Positions 1 to 15,117 of a stretch of 64,000 nt of DNA are shown piece by piece. The notes below the pieces were generated by a model. That model was not told the DNA's origin. It did not search any database and saw only the letters and a program-made list of their open reading frames with translations. Position numbers and translations under genes: made by a program. The DNA lies in NCBI GenBank assembly GCA_951406725.2, contig OX597825.1:49290001-49354000 (forward strand), given 5' to 3'. Position 1 is the first letter of the stretch, and the number at the start of each line of letters is the position of its first letter. The stretch comes from Octopus vulgaris. Its lineage: Eukaryota.

Positions 1-445
1 GATATATCCTAAGAGCACATCATAGCTCTTCTATTTCTGCTCTTCAACATCATCCAGTCTGACTTTCTCACGTTCTATCCAGGCAGCTTCAGCATTATAT
101 ATTTTTTCGGGGCTAATGCAGTTTCGCATCTCTCCTTGAAAAATGCATTTTAATTCTTTTTGGATAATATTTTTTCTGATTGGTAAGTTTTAGATGTCGG
201 AGATTACGAATATGCAAAAAGAAAATTGATTTCACCTCCACCTACGTACTTAAAATGTTGATTTTGTTTACTTTGAAGAAATTGTAGCGAATGGACGAAC
301 ATATAGAAATCCAAATTAAATATAGATAAAAATATTAAATTGAAATGAATTTGCGATTTACTTGTGTTTGCCTTAAATAACAGAAAATATATTTCATTCA
401 TTTATGTATTGGTCTGTCTGTTTATTTATCCCTATCCATTTATTG

Positions 446-529
<84 letters not shown>

Positions 530-648
530 TTCATTATACACATAACTATATGCTTATTGAATTTAAAATGTTGGAAACGTGGTTTCTTTCATATTCGGAA
601 TCTCTGTCATCGAAAACATAGGAACCCGCTGAAAAAAAAATCGGAAAT

Positions 649-693
<45 letters not shown>

Positions 694-1300
694 TGCGGTG
701 GGAGATGACTATGCGTGTGTGTATGATGGGGTATGTCTGTGCCGGAGACGCGGTGTGAAATTTGAAAAAAGTCGGAAAAAGTTCAAGATTTTAAATTGTA
801 GGGTTTGGTGTGGATAGGAGTGTGAAATTAGAATTTTTTCTTTGTATATTCGTAATCTCCGACATCTAAAACTTAGGTATCCGAAAAAATATTTACCAAA
901 AATATGCATTTTTCAAGGAGAGGTTCGAAACCGCACTAGCCCTCTTTTTTCTTGCTCCATATCTTCCAGAAATTTTCATTTCTTCAGTCTTAGGTAGCTC
1001 CTTTACTTCTATCTTACTTTTGCAAACTTCCCTATAAAAGTTTTTGCATCTGTCTTGAATACCCTGTTTTGTCATAATTTCTAAGCCATTGGACTTTCAG
1101 CTGCATTTACTGTTTGCAGGGAGGTTTGTAAAATCTTTGATATGATGTCTTTGTTTGATTTTTCTAGCTTGTTTCCTCTTAACATTTACTCCTCTCGCAA
1201 GTTCACCGAGAACAGCAGAATGTTCTGTTTTTAGTTGCTTGACTCCTTCAAACTGCAGCACCTGCAGCTCTTGGCTCTGTATAAATTGTCACCTATTGGA
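1..1300 (-). mobile_element. Degenerate R4/Dong-like non-LTR retrotransposon fragment (pre-RT region), interrupted by a MITE
   Basis: Minus-strand translation gives ...ELARGVNVKRKQARKIK...KNFYREVCKSKIEVKELPKTEE... and, across the MITE, WS-EKIYNAEAAWIER. These align by eye to ELISGNDVRSRKGRRI...KTFYREIGKEK...IWSDEKPYNETAEWIKR in the Dong copy at 42-45 kb. Confidence 0.8.
109..942. mobile_element. Non-autonomous DNA transposon (MITE), MULE/Mutator-like
   Basis: Imperfect ~130-bp TIRs: gggctaatgcagtttcgcatctctccttgaaaaatgcat...aagttttagatgtcggagattacgaatat at the left end, with its reverse complement at ~815-942. Flanked by 9-bp near-identical tattttttc (100-108) and tcttttttc (943-951). Interior is non-coding with (TATC)n and (TG)n. 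Confidence 0.8.
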
Positions 1301-2954
1301 GACATTTCGAATCAGGCAGTCAATTTGTCAAGATGTTCTTTATCATCCTTTAGTATTTTCTAACACTTGAGCAGTGTGTTGAACTGCATGGAGTAGGAAC
1401 TCTGCCGCTGTATAGCAATATCAATATTTACGATCCATATCTACCTATTGATGTTGGACAGTACTAAAATCGGGCGGTTTAAAAAATCAACTACGTAATA
1501 ATTTGAATAATGTCTTTAAAATGTGGCCAATTTCAAGTTGAACAAGATAGAAGTGGATATAGCTGACAATGTTTGAATAATATCGCTTCCCCAATATTTG
1601 AACACGTACATTAATTAACATCTTTGCATGATAACCATACTTTGTACAATAGCAAACACACAGCCATCCTTATCGATATATGAGACAATAAAGCTGTGAT
1701 TGCCAAACCTCTTCAGAGGCTAAACATTGTCCAAGGAACAATACAAATAACAACAACAACAATGTGCAAAATAAAAAGAATAATAGCAACAGCGGTATCA
1801 CCTTAATCAACAAATATAAAGTCGTCATCACTAACAAAAATGTTTTGACAACGATGACAACAAAAACTACAAGCACAACAAGAAGTATGAACAAAAACAA
1901 TAACAACGGTAGCAAAAGTGATTGTTGAAGCGCAGAGACCTCTGTCGCTGCATCCCCGGGAGAGATTTCCGTTCAGCTGCGGTGGTCTAAGTAAGTCGTG
2001 TCTTTCCGCAGCACGTCTCTCAGGTAGAACTGCAGAAATGCGTGAAGAAATGAGTGAAACTGGACACCTGAAACCTGGAATATCATTATGTGCTCTTTAC
2101 TAATCGAATAATGCAGTGGGCGAGGATTCTAATTTATCAATGTATGTTGAGAAGGTGTGATGATAACACGCTGCTCCATACCGGAGGACTAAGAGACTTC
2201 TATAGATAACAACCAGAAGTAGAGAGGTGAGTGTATCATTCAATCATCAATATCGGTAGAATGGCACAACTCTGATACAACCGAGCAGGATGCTTTGTGG
2301 TTCTTGCTTCAGCTCTCTGCCTTCTGAGCTCAAACTTTGCCATGACCTAGTTGGCTGGAAGACTTGATCTGTCAATAAGATTAATGCTAACATCTCCCAC
2401 CGCAGGTTTTTTTCTCTGGTGTAAGTATGCAGATCAGGTCAGTTATTTGAGCATACAAACCGTCTCTCACGCCAATCCTGAAGGCTCTGTAAATGTGCGT
2501 AAGAAGTACCCCCTCTCCTGACTAAAAGATGAAGAGATTATAAATGTTCACGTGAAATGTAGTTGCCACCGAAGTAAATGTAGTTTAGTGATTTTTAAAT
2601 CACGTTGTGAATGATGAAACACCGGTGCTTCACTAGCTAGATTTACACATTTCAATATTTCACGATTCCTTTTTGTATGATAACGTAACATATTCTAACA
2701 AATGTATAAGAGAGAAGTCATCATAGCCATTTAAATAAAATATAATTTTTACATCCACTTTTTGTTTTAGTTTATAGTGGCTGTTCACTACATTATTACT
2801 TTTTCCTTAACGGTGGAGATGTTTTTTAAAGGACTACGATTTTAAATGACTATAATTTCAGTTTCGTTAAGATTACGTTTCGTTACAACGCTTGTTAAAT
2901 TTTGCAGTTCGTATGAAATCGTACACGACTGAAAGAATCACTTTCTTCCTCCAT

Positions 2955-3074
2955 ATATATAGTGTATGTATGTATGTATGTATGTATGTATGTATGTATG
3001 TATGTATGTATGTATGTATGTATGTATGTATGTATTTATATATGTATGTATGTATGCATCCATGTAAGAATGCG

Positions 3075-3117
<43 letters not shown>
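2955..3117. repeat. (TATG)n and (TA)n microsatellites
   Basis: Direct inspection. Confidence 0.95.
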
Positions 3118-3120
<3 letters not shown>

Positions 3121-6100
3121 GCGTGTGCCTCTTTGTAATGAAAATTTGCAATTCACGTAGTTTCATTACACACCTACTAACTCTAGAAACATGCGAACTT
3201 ATCTAAAGTTAGATAACACACACACGCACACACACATACACACACACACATAAGCACATAGACACGTAATGATATATAAATAGGATTACAGTGTATGTTG
3301 TACCCGATACTGTATGTGTTAGAGAGATAGGAGTTATTTTTGAATTTTATTTTAATAAAAATCTTTCAGTAATAAAATATAGTTTTCGTTAGATTTTGTG
3401 TTCGCTGAAATGTCAAGGAGAAGGTCATCATAAAAATAATAATGTACATTAATAATCTAATAGAGAAAAAAAAATCATTATTTTATTCCGTTTTAGATTA
3501 AACCTGTTGACAAAACTTCGATACTGTGTTATTATGTGCACTCACCATATAATGAATATTTCGCTTTTGCTATTTTATGGCCTTCATTGGGTGGAAAGTA
3601 TAAAGATATAAACAATAGCATGTTTTATATTTTCTTCTGTACTTCCATGACCTATGTTTGTTTCACAAGAAATTATTTAAAAAAAAATCGTCATTGTTAA
3701 ATTAAGTTTGAAAGACGCTAGATAAACACAAGAGTTGTACCCTTGGAAATGCCATTATCAATAAAACATATTGTAATATGGTTATCAATATAAACGCATG
3801 AAGCGAGAAAATTTATATTTTATAGAGAATTATAATTTTATTTTTCAACCGATATTAATTGAATTTGAAAGATTTTTTTTTTGTTATGATATTTTAAAAT
3901 ATATTCCTGACGTATTATTACATCATATTGTTAATAGATAACAGAAGTGAATACTGCCGGAAAATACCCTGTATTATTTACTGCAACCTCTTTAATTTCT
4001 GAGTTCAAATCCCACATTGTTCGATTTAGAATTCTTCATTACAGCATTAATTAATCTATGGTTAACTTTGACATTCCACTAAAGTAAAAATGAATTTTTC
4101 TGAGAGGAGACTTTGCTAGATGCCAGACTTGCAAGTTTCTTCACTACACTTTAGCTTCCCTTATTTTACCATTGCAGTTTAATCTGATCAACACTCATTC
4201 AGCTAGTTACCTGTCTCTTATTATCCACATGCCGTTCCTTATTTAAGTTATATTAAGAAGATAATTGAAAGGCTGAGTGACAGTTGTATTTATTAGTTTA
4301 GAATCGCCATATACATTAGAAGATCAAGAAACGCAGGGGGTAGAATTTATATTGTGTTGTCAACACGACATAATGCTTACCCTAGCTCAGTTACCCAACA
4401 GAATATGGGCAAATGGAGCCACTTTTCTGTACCATTCCCAATAGATTCATTCTAATCCCCTCTGTAAGGTTTACGAAGTATTTTGAGATACATGCACGAA
4501 TATAAATATCCCAAATTCATAATATTGTAGAAAATTATATTCTTAACATATTTATTATGATTTCGATATAAATGAAACAAAATCTAAATTTTGCTCAAAA
4601 CGAAAGTACATATCATCACGAGAATAGAATCTGTAGAGAAAAACTTCAACATGGATATAATTCATTCGCCAGATAGCGATAGTGTTCGCATTTAATCTGA
4701 GCTATCATTCTTCAAAAGTTTATAAAATCTAAGCTTAAGTAGATTAAAACAGTAAATGTTTCGTTAAACTCAAGAATGTATTTGTCAAGAATAATAAAGC
4801 ATAGAGATTACATAGCTGATGTGTATTTGAAATTAATCTTATAATGTTATTTGCGTCCGTTGAACGAGGAAACCTTGCAACTTTTAACCAGTTTATATTT
4901 TAATCTTCCGAATTGTAGAGTGAATCATGGTATATGCTTTAGTTAACTGCATTCATCCTTTCGTCATTGCATTATTAACGTCTCAGAAAGCATGTACAAC
5001 TGATATATCTTGCCCGCGTTTTATAACAGTGCCATTGTTTGCTCTTCTAATACTGTCTTTCAATAATTTCATTCATGCAAAATAAATACGAAAAAGAGTA
5101 ATCTTGTGAACTGCACATTCTAAAACGTATATACATCCTTCAGACAACATCAAACCCTAAACTAGTTGCTTGAATTCTTCAGATTACATATTTGACACTT
5201 GCAGGTCATTGTTCAAATGTGTATTCATCATAAGATTTTGTTCATCCCCAAAAGAAAATATCTTGATGAATAGGAATTTATGTCAATGATGTTACCACTT
5301 GGAAAATTGTCCGACTACATATTTATTGCAGAATGTATATTGTGAAATTAAACAAAAAGTAAGTGTAAATCCCGATGTCTCACGAAGACTTCAGGGCTAG
5401 TTCGCATAATTTCCATGCCTAATGAATTTGTACAATTGTAATGTTTATGTTAATGAATTAATAATCGAAAATGTGCAGAGGAAGAAATGTAATTTTATTA
5501 TCATAAATAAATGCAACATCAACAGGTATTTGCTGTTAAAATTCAATATGTATGAACATAAATTATTTCTCCTTTCTATTCTAATATTCTAAAATGTAAA
5601 TGAAAACTGAATCTTTAATACAGATATCTTTCACAACATCAGTTTCCATGTGATTTAGAATTCATATTTGTCAATGTTACAATACTCCTTTGTGTACTAA
5701 ATTCATCAAATGGTGCTGCCTGCGATTGTTCAATGGTGCTGTCTAAGTGATAGCGTTCAGACATTGTCTGCATATTTACTTCAGCTTAGCTTACTCAATT
5801 GAATTATGACCGGAAACTAATTCGGTGAATATGAGCTTCTTCTCATATTGCTTTCCTTAAAATCTCTGGCTTGAAGAATATATTTGTGTAACCTGTTTCG
5901 TATCAGCACTCAACTGCACATGTACTTTTTTTTTCAAACAGATTCATTTGCTATACAAGAAACTTACCAGTTTTGAACTTTTAGCAGGCCGCAGTTTGAA
6001 TGTTATCGTTTCTTAAGATCTACAGAAATATCAACAACTTACGTTGAATAATCTAAAATGGAAGAATTTCCAGTAGCACATGCCTTAGTTTCGTTTTTAT

Positions 6101-6899
6101 TTTCTACTTGAGTTTATTATCACCAGAGAGGTTTAAAAATACTGAATGTCTTCCAAATTTCTGAGACGCTCGGTATTTTTTAAACATTTCTGGTGAGAAC
6201 CTTACAATATTCGTTTAACGCTTCTGTGTTCAGAACTCATCGAGGTAAACATTATATTTATGGGTGGATACTTATGGTTCACTCGCAGGCGAGATGCCTT
6301 GCAGTAATGTTTCCAGTTCCTTGTGTTCTGAGTGCACATTTTGAATTATTGTAGAATTATGGCAAAGCATCCTAGCGTTGATGTTATTCACAAAATCTAA
6401 TAGTAGAAAAGAAAAGGAGTGGATTACAGCAAAGACTGTTGTGTGTAACATCTCGACCCTGCAATTAAAATTAAAAAATGAAAACAATCTCTAAATTATC
6501 AAAATAGAATAGTCATAGATATTTTCTAGAGATTAACGTGATCTGATTAGGGGTCTTTATTATCTGGGAGCATCGATAAGCTTGAAATAACTAGTACATG
6601 ATATGTATATTGTTTTAGAATGATCATGGCTTTTTAAAAATGTGATGAAAAGACGAGACTGCAGAAACTTGTATGTAATGCTGTTTAATTTGAATATAGT
6701 GCTCTATAAATTGCGCACAGGATTACATAGTTTGCGCTTACTTCAATACATAATTTATTTCATAGAGTTTCTGCTCTTACAAAGAAAAATTGAACTGTCT
6801 AAAATGTCATCACACTGTCATTAGACACCTTACACCACATGAATCTAAAGAATAAATAGAATCTTACCAAAGCAGCAATTCTAGACAGAGACCCAAACA

Positions 6900-7292
<393 letters not shown>

Positions 7293-7775
7293 TTATTACA
7301 ATAATATCTTAGAATTCATGATTCTGGGAACGATTCGACGATTTCATACACGGAAACTGAAAGTACGAGGTATACCTCAACTTTAGAATAAAAGAAAAAA
7401 ATATATATACACTCCAATACTATATTCACTCCGACAAAATTTCTGACTTTAACCACATGGCTGAGATGGGCGATTAGATATAATGTATAAGCAGGAAATG
7501 CATCTTTATACTATCTACATATTGGTATCTGTACGGTATGTATATGTAATTCTTAGTTATATATTGTCGGTATAATTCTACTGAAGAGTGTGAAGTAATC
7601 TGTATTACAGAACACGAAATATTACAATTTTATTATATCCGAAATTTTATAAATCTTCTTCTTCTTCTTCTTCTTCTTCTTCTTCTTCTTCTTCTTCTTC
7701 TTCTTCTTCATCATCATCGTTATCATCATCATCGTCGTCATAATCATCATCATATACTTAAAATATGTGTGTGTT

Positions 7776-7806
<31 letters not shown>

Positions 7807-7827
7807 ATGTGTGTCTGTATGTATCCC

Positions 7828-7995
7828 CCACCACTGCTTGACAACAGGTTTGGATGTGTTTACGTCCCCGTAACTTAGCGGTTGGGCAAAAGATAACTAT
7901 AGAATTAGATAACTATAGAACTAAGCTTAAAATAATAAGACCTGGGGTCGATTTCTTCGACTAAAATCGTTCAAAGCAACGCTCCAGCATGGCCA
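7828..7995 (+). mobile_element. SINE 3' portion (cephalopod tRNA-SINE type repeat)
   Basis: gtttacgtccccgtaacttagcggtt...ggggtcgattt..cgactaaa...ctccagcatggcc. Reverse-complement homologues occur at ~13680-13735 and ~15785-15975. Confidence 0.6.
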
Positions 7996-8129
7996 TTTAA
8001 GAAACACACAAAAACCGTTAGACTCACTTTAACATTTAAATTCAATTTGTCAAAATATCTTCTTCGCTTTGAGACCGGGACCTGTTCAGTGACAAAATTC
8101 CATGCTGCATCTCATATATATATAAATGC

Positions 8130-8670
<541 letters not shown>

Positions 8671-10766
8671 TTGTGGGAGGTAGGTGGGGGTGTATGTGTG
8701 TGTGCATACATGTTTGTGTCTGTAGATGTTTGTATGTGTGAGTACTCGAATCAATGTCCATCTCCATATATATGATCCCGTAGTTTTCTGACACAACACA
8801 GGCTTTGAACAAATGAATATTGATGGAATAAAAACCAGACACCGAAAAATGATACTAGATTGAACATGATCAAGTAAACTTAGCTGTATCCTACCAAGTG
8901 CAATCTTTGATGTTAAAAGCGCCAAGGAGGGTAACTGTCGGTTCTACATAATTATCTTACTTCATCACTTTCAACAAATAATCTTAATTGTTTTGTTACA
9001 CATTCCTTCTGGCGGACAACCAAAAGTAGTTCTGCCCTAAACTTCCTATTTCTTTTTTTTTAATTGGAATATGACTACATTATCCATCGTATAGGAGATG
9101 AGAAAGTAAAAATAATTGATGTGCGAAGGTAGTTTTAGTAGTTGGTTAAAAAAATAAACTGCGTGGAATAACCGAGACACTATTCTAGTTTTCTGATTTG
9201 GCCTTAACTACTCTCTTATATAGTTACCACGGAAAAAGAGAAAAAGTAGGGAGACCGTTGTATTTTCGTTTCGCAGTGGACTGTCACGAACGACAATATC
9301 AACCTAATTTCATTCAGGAAATTGACCAAAATCAAAATCTATAACAACGTTTGCTCATAAAAGTTTCATCTATCTTCTTCACCTACTTCAGTACCTCCTC
9401 CTCCTCTTCCTCAACCTTTTATTATTAATATTATTAGTAATGCTGTATATTTTACCCTGTATTTTACTTCTTTTTCTGCCATGCCATCTGAATACGCACA
9501 CATATCAAGATTTACAAACTGAAAATAAAAATGTATCACAAATTCCTTAGGTATTGGATAGAAACTAATACCGACAAATTCCGCTTATCGAAGATGCTAT
9601 TTCAAGAAATATTACTTTCCCAGAGCTGAAAGAAATAGCTGTTTTAATCTCTTTGTGCTCGTTCGTGACATCTTTAGTATGCTATCACAATCGTAAAATT
9701 TTCCAGTTGAAAGTTAGCAAGTACTGTGATATTTGTAGAATCTACTTAGAATTTACTTGGGAATATCTTCCCAGAAATTTTAGAGCAATTAAATTCAGCA
9801 GTAAATATTAATTTAACCTTTGTGCACACTAGTTTAATTTTCTGCATTTTTACAGCGAATGACTTAGTCTAGCACATGTGTTATGTTTACTATTTTCATA
9901 CAAACAGCATTCATTCTGTCATTTACATGATCTAATACATTCAGCTACACACGGTTAGACAAAAATCACATGACAGTAAATCAAAACCATTTAATTCCAA
10001 GATTTATTTGTTTAACAACTGAATGAATTTAATAAAATCATCAAAATATGAAATATCATGAAAATTGTTCAAACGGAAGTCCTTCTTGAGCAACACCATT
10101 TTATCAAATAAATAAATAAAACTGATTATTGAGCACTAATGGAATTTTGATTTACTCTCGTGTGACTTTTGGCCAATCTTGTATAAAAGAAGACAAGTGA
10201 AACATTTCAAAATTTTTTTATTATATGCACGGATGAATTTAATCAATCACACTACCGAAAGTGATCAAGCAAATTGCTAACTTCATAGCGCAATTTACAT
10301 CTGTGAATTATTTCACTCTATAGTATCTACTTACAGATAGGTTGGCTGAACGTCTGAAATATAAATGTGTTTGTTATGAACTTATTGAAGTTCTTGGGGC
10401 AGCACACGACAGTTTATCTCTGCTCATGTGTTTCTAGTTCATTTATCTATCAACTCGTTTTAATATAACTATGTTGAATCTGTTTATTACTTAATAACAT
10501 ACGATGAAACTTTTAAAGTGCTACTTTGTTTCATACAATATAAGAATGCAACGATATGATCGAACTTATATTTCAAGGGTTACCTAAATAAACTTTATTT
10601 CTATCATTAACATTATTTCTAACAAGTTAAGATCACATTTTATTTTCGATATAAATCAAAGATTGTTTGCAAATTTACTTCATATATATATATACATAAA
10701 TACATAAACATATATATACATATATATATACATATATATATACATATATACACATATATACATATC

Positions 10767-10863
<97 letters not shown>

Positions 10864-10875
10864 CACATATATATA

Positions 10876-11806
10876 TTATTTGTTGGCATTCTTCAGTCAC
10901 TTTCTGCAAGTTTAGTTCGAAATCTTGATTATGCTTTGATAATATTCTTCTTCTAATTTCTGCGTCTTCCATTGTTACAAGCCTATTAACGAATATTAGG
11001 CACTTGAACATATCTGGCGTTAATTCTTCGACCTTCAACCTTTCACAACCATACAGGCATATGTTACCAAATCGTCGGACTCATTCTTCTTTAAATTTAA
11101 ACATTCCCACCGAATGTTAAACAGCGAACTCTCGCTAAATATATTATTAGTCAAAATATTTATCGTTTCATCAAAACACAACCCCGGGGCTTTCTCGGCA
11201 AAATAAACTAACAAAAACTGTCGTGTTCCGGAGGGGCAAGTTTTCGCAAAAGGTGCCTTATCTTCCTTTCACTAGACCTTCCCTTGCATTTCTCTGAATA
11301 TGTCCTCGTATATTCTGTAATACGCGGTTAAAGGTAGTTCCTTCATCTGGTTTGTACCGAAATTCTTCGATGGAGTTTGCGACACCGTCCGCTGAAAATG
11401 ATTATGTCGTATTTCTTGGCTGCAGTTACAACTCTGTTAATTCCTGTAGGTGCTGCTGCTACTGCCTTTGTTGTTTTACGACTTCTTTCAGTAACTCTTT
11501 CATTTCGGTACTATTTTCAATTTCAGTATTGTTCGAATCCTCAGTACGGTGCAAAACCTCGACCCCACTGTTGTATCAGTGGTGATACTGTCTGAATCTT
11601 TGTCGCCACTGTTGTATCACACGTTGGACGTACGATATAACTGGATAATAAATAACGTCCTCGCAAATCCTTCTACTCACGATACACAATACTTGCAATT
11701 AGACAATAAGCAACTCTCGGCTCGCTTTTTCATGTTGTTTGTCACTGTGGACCAAACACAGAGGGGACGAACAAGGACAAACGACACAAAGTGGGGACAT
11801 GAAACA
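10876..11806 (-). mobile_element. Ty3/Gypsy LTR retrotransposon 5' fragment (5' LTR, PBS, degenerate gag), truncated at a (TA)n array
   Basis: Gag-like peptides NSIEEFRYKPDEE, SLFNIRWECLNL and FKCLIFVNRLVTMEDAEIRRRILSK...[11 protein letters not shown]. The minus-strand LTR runs TGTTTC...ACAACA and is followed directly by the PBS gTGGCGAC. Confidence 0.8.
11610..11806 (-). repeat. 5' LTR (197 bp) of the Gypsy fragment
   Basis: TG...CA termini; PBS-like TGGCGAC at 11602-11608 on the minus strand. Confidence 0.7.
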
Positions 11807-11807
11807 T

Positions 11808-13500
11808 AAACGAATGAATGAAATGAATTAATATAATGGATGAGGGTATAATGGCTACTCGAGCCCCACTCTATTTTTTACACCAATGTTTATCTAATTA
11901 AAATCACCTTATTAGATCATATATTGACTTAAATGTTCAAATTCCACCATATGAGGTAGAGAACCATATCTCACCTCCCACCTTGGTGGGTCCAAATCAC
12001 TGCCAAAAATTTCTGTTATTTTTTCATAATTGTTCGTGTCTATTAATATGCATTCCATGCTCGGTACGCACCACTCTTCAGGCACTTCAACTCTTATTGA
12101 TTTGATTTTTGCTATTTTTTTTTCAGTGACTGTGCTCGTCACATAGTTCGTCAGATACGCCTTATTTTTATGATTAGCCTGTGATGTTTGTGTGTCTATA
12201 TGTGCTTCTACTAGTGTATACTTATCTGGAGATTCTGGGATGTCTGGTTTTCTCGGGTGTTTGCGGTGGTGTGGGTGATTACGTGCTACTTAATTCTTTT
12301 TCTTCTTGTTCGGTTTCTTCGTGGGGTGGGATTTTAGGTCCTTCCTCTTTCAATTTTGTACTTCCTGGAATCTCTAGTCTCTGCTTTCCACATTTGTTTC
12401 TTTCATAGTTTCCTCTATCTTCTCGTCTCTGTTGTTGTAATCTTCTTGCTTCTCCTCTGCTGGTGTCTGGTTGTTACAAATGGGGGGAACCTCGCCTTTA
12501 TGTGCCCCATCTTTCTGCTGTGGTAACAGGTGGGAGATCTTCCTTCCACCACCACTTGCAGCTTCACTTCTTCTGGTAGTTCTATTGCTTCTATAATTTC
12601 TTGCAAGTCCAGTGAGGTGGCCTGGATTATAACTTCCAGGCCATATCCCCACTAGTTCAGTTGCTGGGTCCGACTTATATGCAGCACTTCTGGGTCTTCT
12701 GTTCCCGTTGAAATTGCTGCAAGCAGCCACATCTCAGTAGTCTCAGGGGACACCCTGCCAATCCTCACTCTCGACACTCGTTTACCGAGACAGTTTGGAA
12801 AAAGTGCCCATTCTTCCGTTCTCAATGTTGTAGTACATGCCTCCTCTACGGTAGGAAAGCGCACCTCCATTGTGCTGAATCTTCTCCCTCTACAAAGAAA
12901 ATTTAATGTCGCTCCTTATTTCTTCCAAGCTCTCTTCTATTGCTTCCTCACTAGCTATCTCTATTTTTTGCTTGTAAGTAATGGGGTTCTGTACGCTGCC
13001 AGTTTTCGCTTTTCATTACTGTTACATCTTCCGGGTGGGATGAGGGGTCAATTTTAGTGCTGACCCCTCTCTTTGAATTAATTTTTTGCTACTTTTTAAT
13101 ATTTCTAAATCTACAGGTACTTCCTTCACTTCCGGCAAGTTGACAGTGACTGTTATATTTTCCTGGCCTGCCACTGAAGCGTAGCACCCGACACGTGTTT
13201 GCAACACTTCCATTTTCAACTGCTATTTTTGCCCCCACTGGGGGAGAAAACGAATACAATAGCAAACAATACAACAATCAATCAACAATGGTTTAACAGT
13301 TCCAACAATAGGTAGCCCGCTAGGGAGGACCTTCAACATAGATAACTTATCCGCAACGATAATGATTCAACACTGAGCAACACAGTTCTTTTCAAGATCA
13401 TCGAGCCTCTCCTCACAATCTCTGCGCATGTCCATTTATATTGTGGCACAGTCCATTAGGTAATTGTATATTTATGCATATAACCTCATTTCGTTTCATT
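11808..13500 (-). mobile_element. ORF1-only (L1/Tx1-type gag-like, CCHC knuckle) non-autonomous retroelement, frameshifted
   Basis: Consecutive minus-strand ORF pieces 13213->11912 include EVRFPTVEEA...RVSRVRIGRVSPE and LQVVVEGRSPTCYHSRKMGHIKARFP, a degenerate CX2CX4HX4C. A short 3' UTR and a (CATT/CATTT)n tail follow. No RT or EN is present. Confidence 0.6.
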
Positions 13501-13925
13501 CGAAAGTAAAGTGTCCGACGAACGGGAACGTGAAACTCTAAGTAATAGGTTCTGTAATATTTTTTGCTGCTTTTTAATAAAGCATATTACTCTACCTCCG
13601 GTATTCGAGTACTATTTTTCCACCTTCTTTCGCATGTATGTGTTTACTCTGGTATATATATATATATTCTTTTCTTTTACTTGTTCCAGTCATTTGACTG
13701 CAGCCATGCTGGAGCGCAACCTTGAAAGAATTTTAGTAGCATAACTAAGCATAACTAATACTTTTGGTTGATTAACTAATTATTAATCTTTTTCTTTATA
13801 CCATTACTTCGCAATTATGTTTTAGACAATATGTGTACGTATGTTTTTTATATATGTGAAGTGGTTATGTCTCCGTGTGTGTCTATGAGTGTTTGTGTGC
13901 CGGAACTTGGATATATATAAACGCA

Positions 13926-15117
13926 TTTGGTCATCCCCAAAATAATGCAGGTTTTTATACTTCTTTTATTTTTCAAAATTAAGATAAACAAAGTTCTTTT
14001 TCAATCTAAAATATACACTCCTTCATTTTCTACAATGCACCTCTTACAAAATTCACTTGTCCTTGACGAAAAATCCTTCTCCAGTTCGTCCATAAAATTC
14101 CAATGATTTTGAAGACTGCGGAATAAATCATAATCAGATGGGGCAATGTCCAGCGAATATGGTGGGTGGGGCATCGTTTCCCATTCAAACTTCTTAAGCT
14201 TTTGAAATGTCGTCCTTACTGTTTTTGGCCGAGCATTATCCTGATGGAAGAATACCTTTCGTCTTGAAACCAAAGATGGTCGGTTTTCTTCTAGCACTTA
14301 CTTAAGCCAGTCAAGCCGCGCGCTGTAAATCTCCTTTCTTATCGTGTGGTCTGGGTTTAAGTGTTCAAGGTGGGATAAACCTTTGATACCCTACAAAACA
14401 GATAACAGCCCCTAACGTGGGTGACGACCTTCTTCAACCTGGGGTGCTGGTGTTTCTCCTTTCTTTGCCCACTATCTTCGGCGCATAACATTTTTATAGA
14501 GAACGCATTTTTCGTCACCAGACACTATTCGGTCAAAAAACGTTCATTCGTGAGACGTGACAGCAAAGAAGAGTACCCATTCACTCTCTGCGCGCTATTA
14601 GACAAGTTTGTGAGGAACTCATTGACCCAATTTGCTGACTTTTCCGATGGCATGTAAGCTTCTCTACTAGTTCCTCAAAATTTTCGATGAGATATTGTTC
14701 CACCAGGGTTGGCAGAACGTCCTCGGCGAGCTCTTCAGATCTTTCAGGATGAGGCTCGTCTTCTGGGCTATAAATATCTGGTTCGAGATTTCTGGAACCA
14801 ACTTTGACACTGGCTTACGCTGATTATCCGATTCCCATATACTGCATTAATATTCCTCGCACTTTCTGTTCCGTTCTTGCCTTTATTGAACTCATAAAGC
14901 AAAACATGCCGAATATGCTCCCTTATCGCTTCCGTTATAGCTTTGAAAAAATAAATGTTAAAATCGAACTTCACTATTCAAAACTTGCACTAAGAATAAG
15001 TACAAAGTAAAATTACTACCTGCATTTATAACGGGGTGATACACGTAGTTATCCCATCCCCCTCCGACTTTTACTTCATGCAATTGAAATATTCGCATTA
15101 TTTATAGAATGACCCGG
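13926..15117 (-). mobile_element. Mariner (DD34D) DNA transposon, full-length but inactive
   Basis: Transposase pieces IRHVLLYEFNKGKNGTESARNINAVYG (HTH) and FFHQDNARP...HPPYSLDIAPSDY, with 34 residues between the Ds. Degenerate TIRs ggtcatccccaaaataatgc / gcattatttatagaatgacc. Confidence 0.92.

Noticed and set aside
3400-6490. Scattered Ig-like motifs (DIGIYTY, KYMC) and a signal-peptide-like ORF after an acceptor-like ttgcag at ~6460 on the minus strand
   Set aside because: The motifs are short, in different frames and with frequent stops; they cannot be distinguished from chance without a profile search.
14001-14974. SETMAR host gene
   Set aside because: No SET domain, TIRs are present and the ORF is disrupted; it is an ordinary dead mariner.
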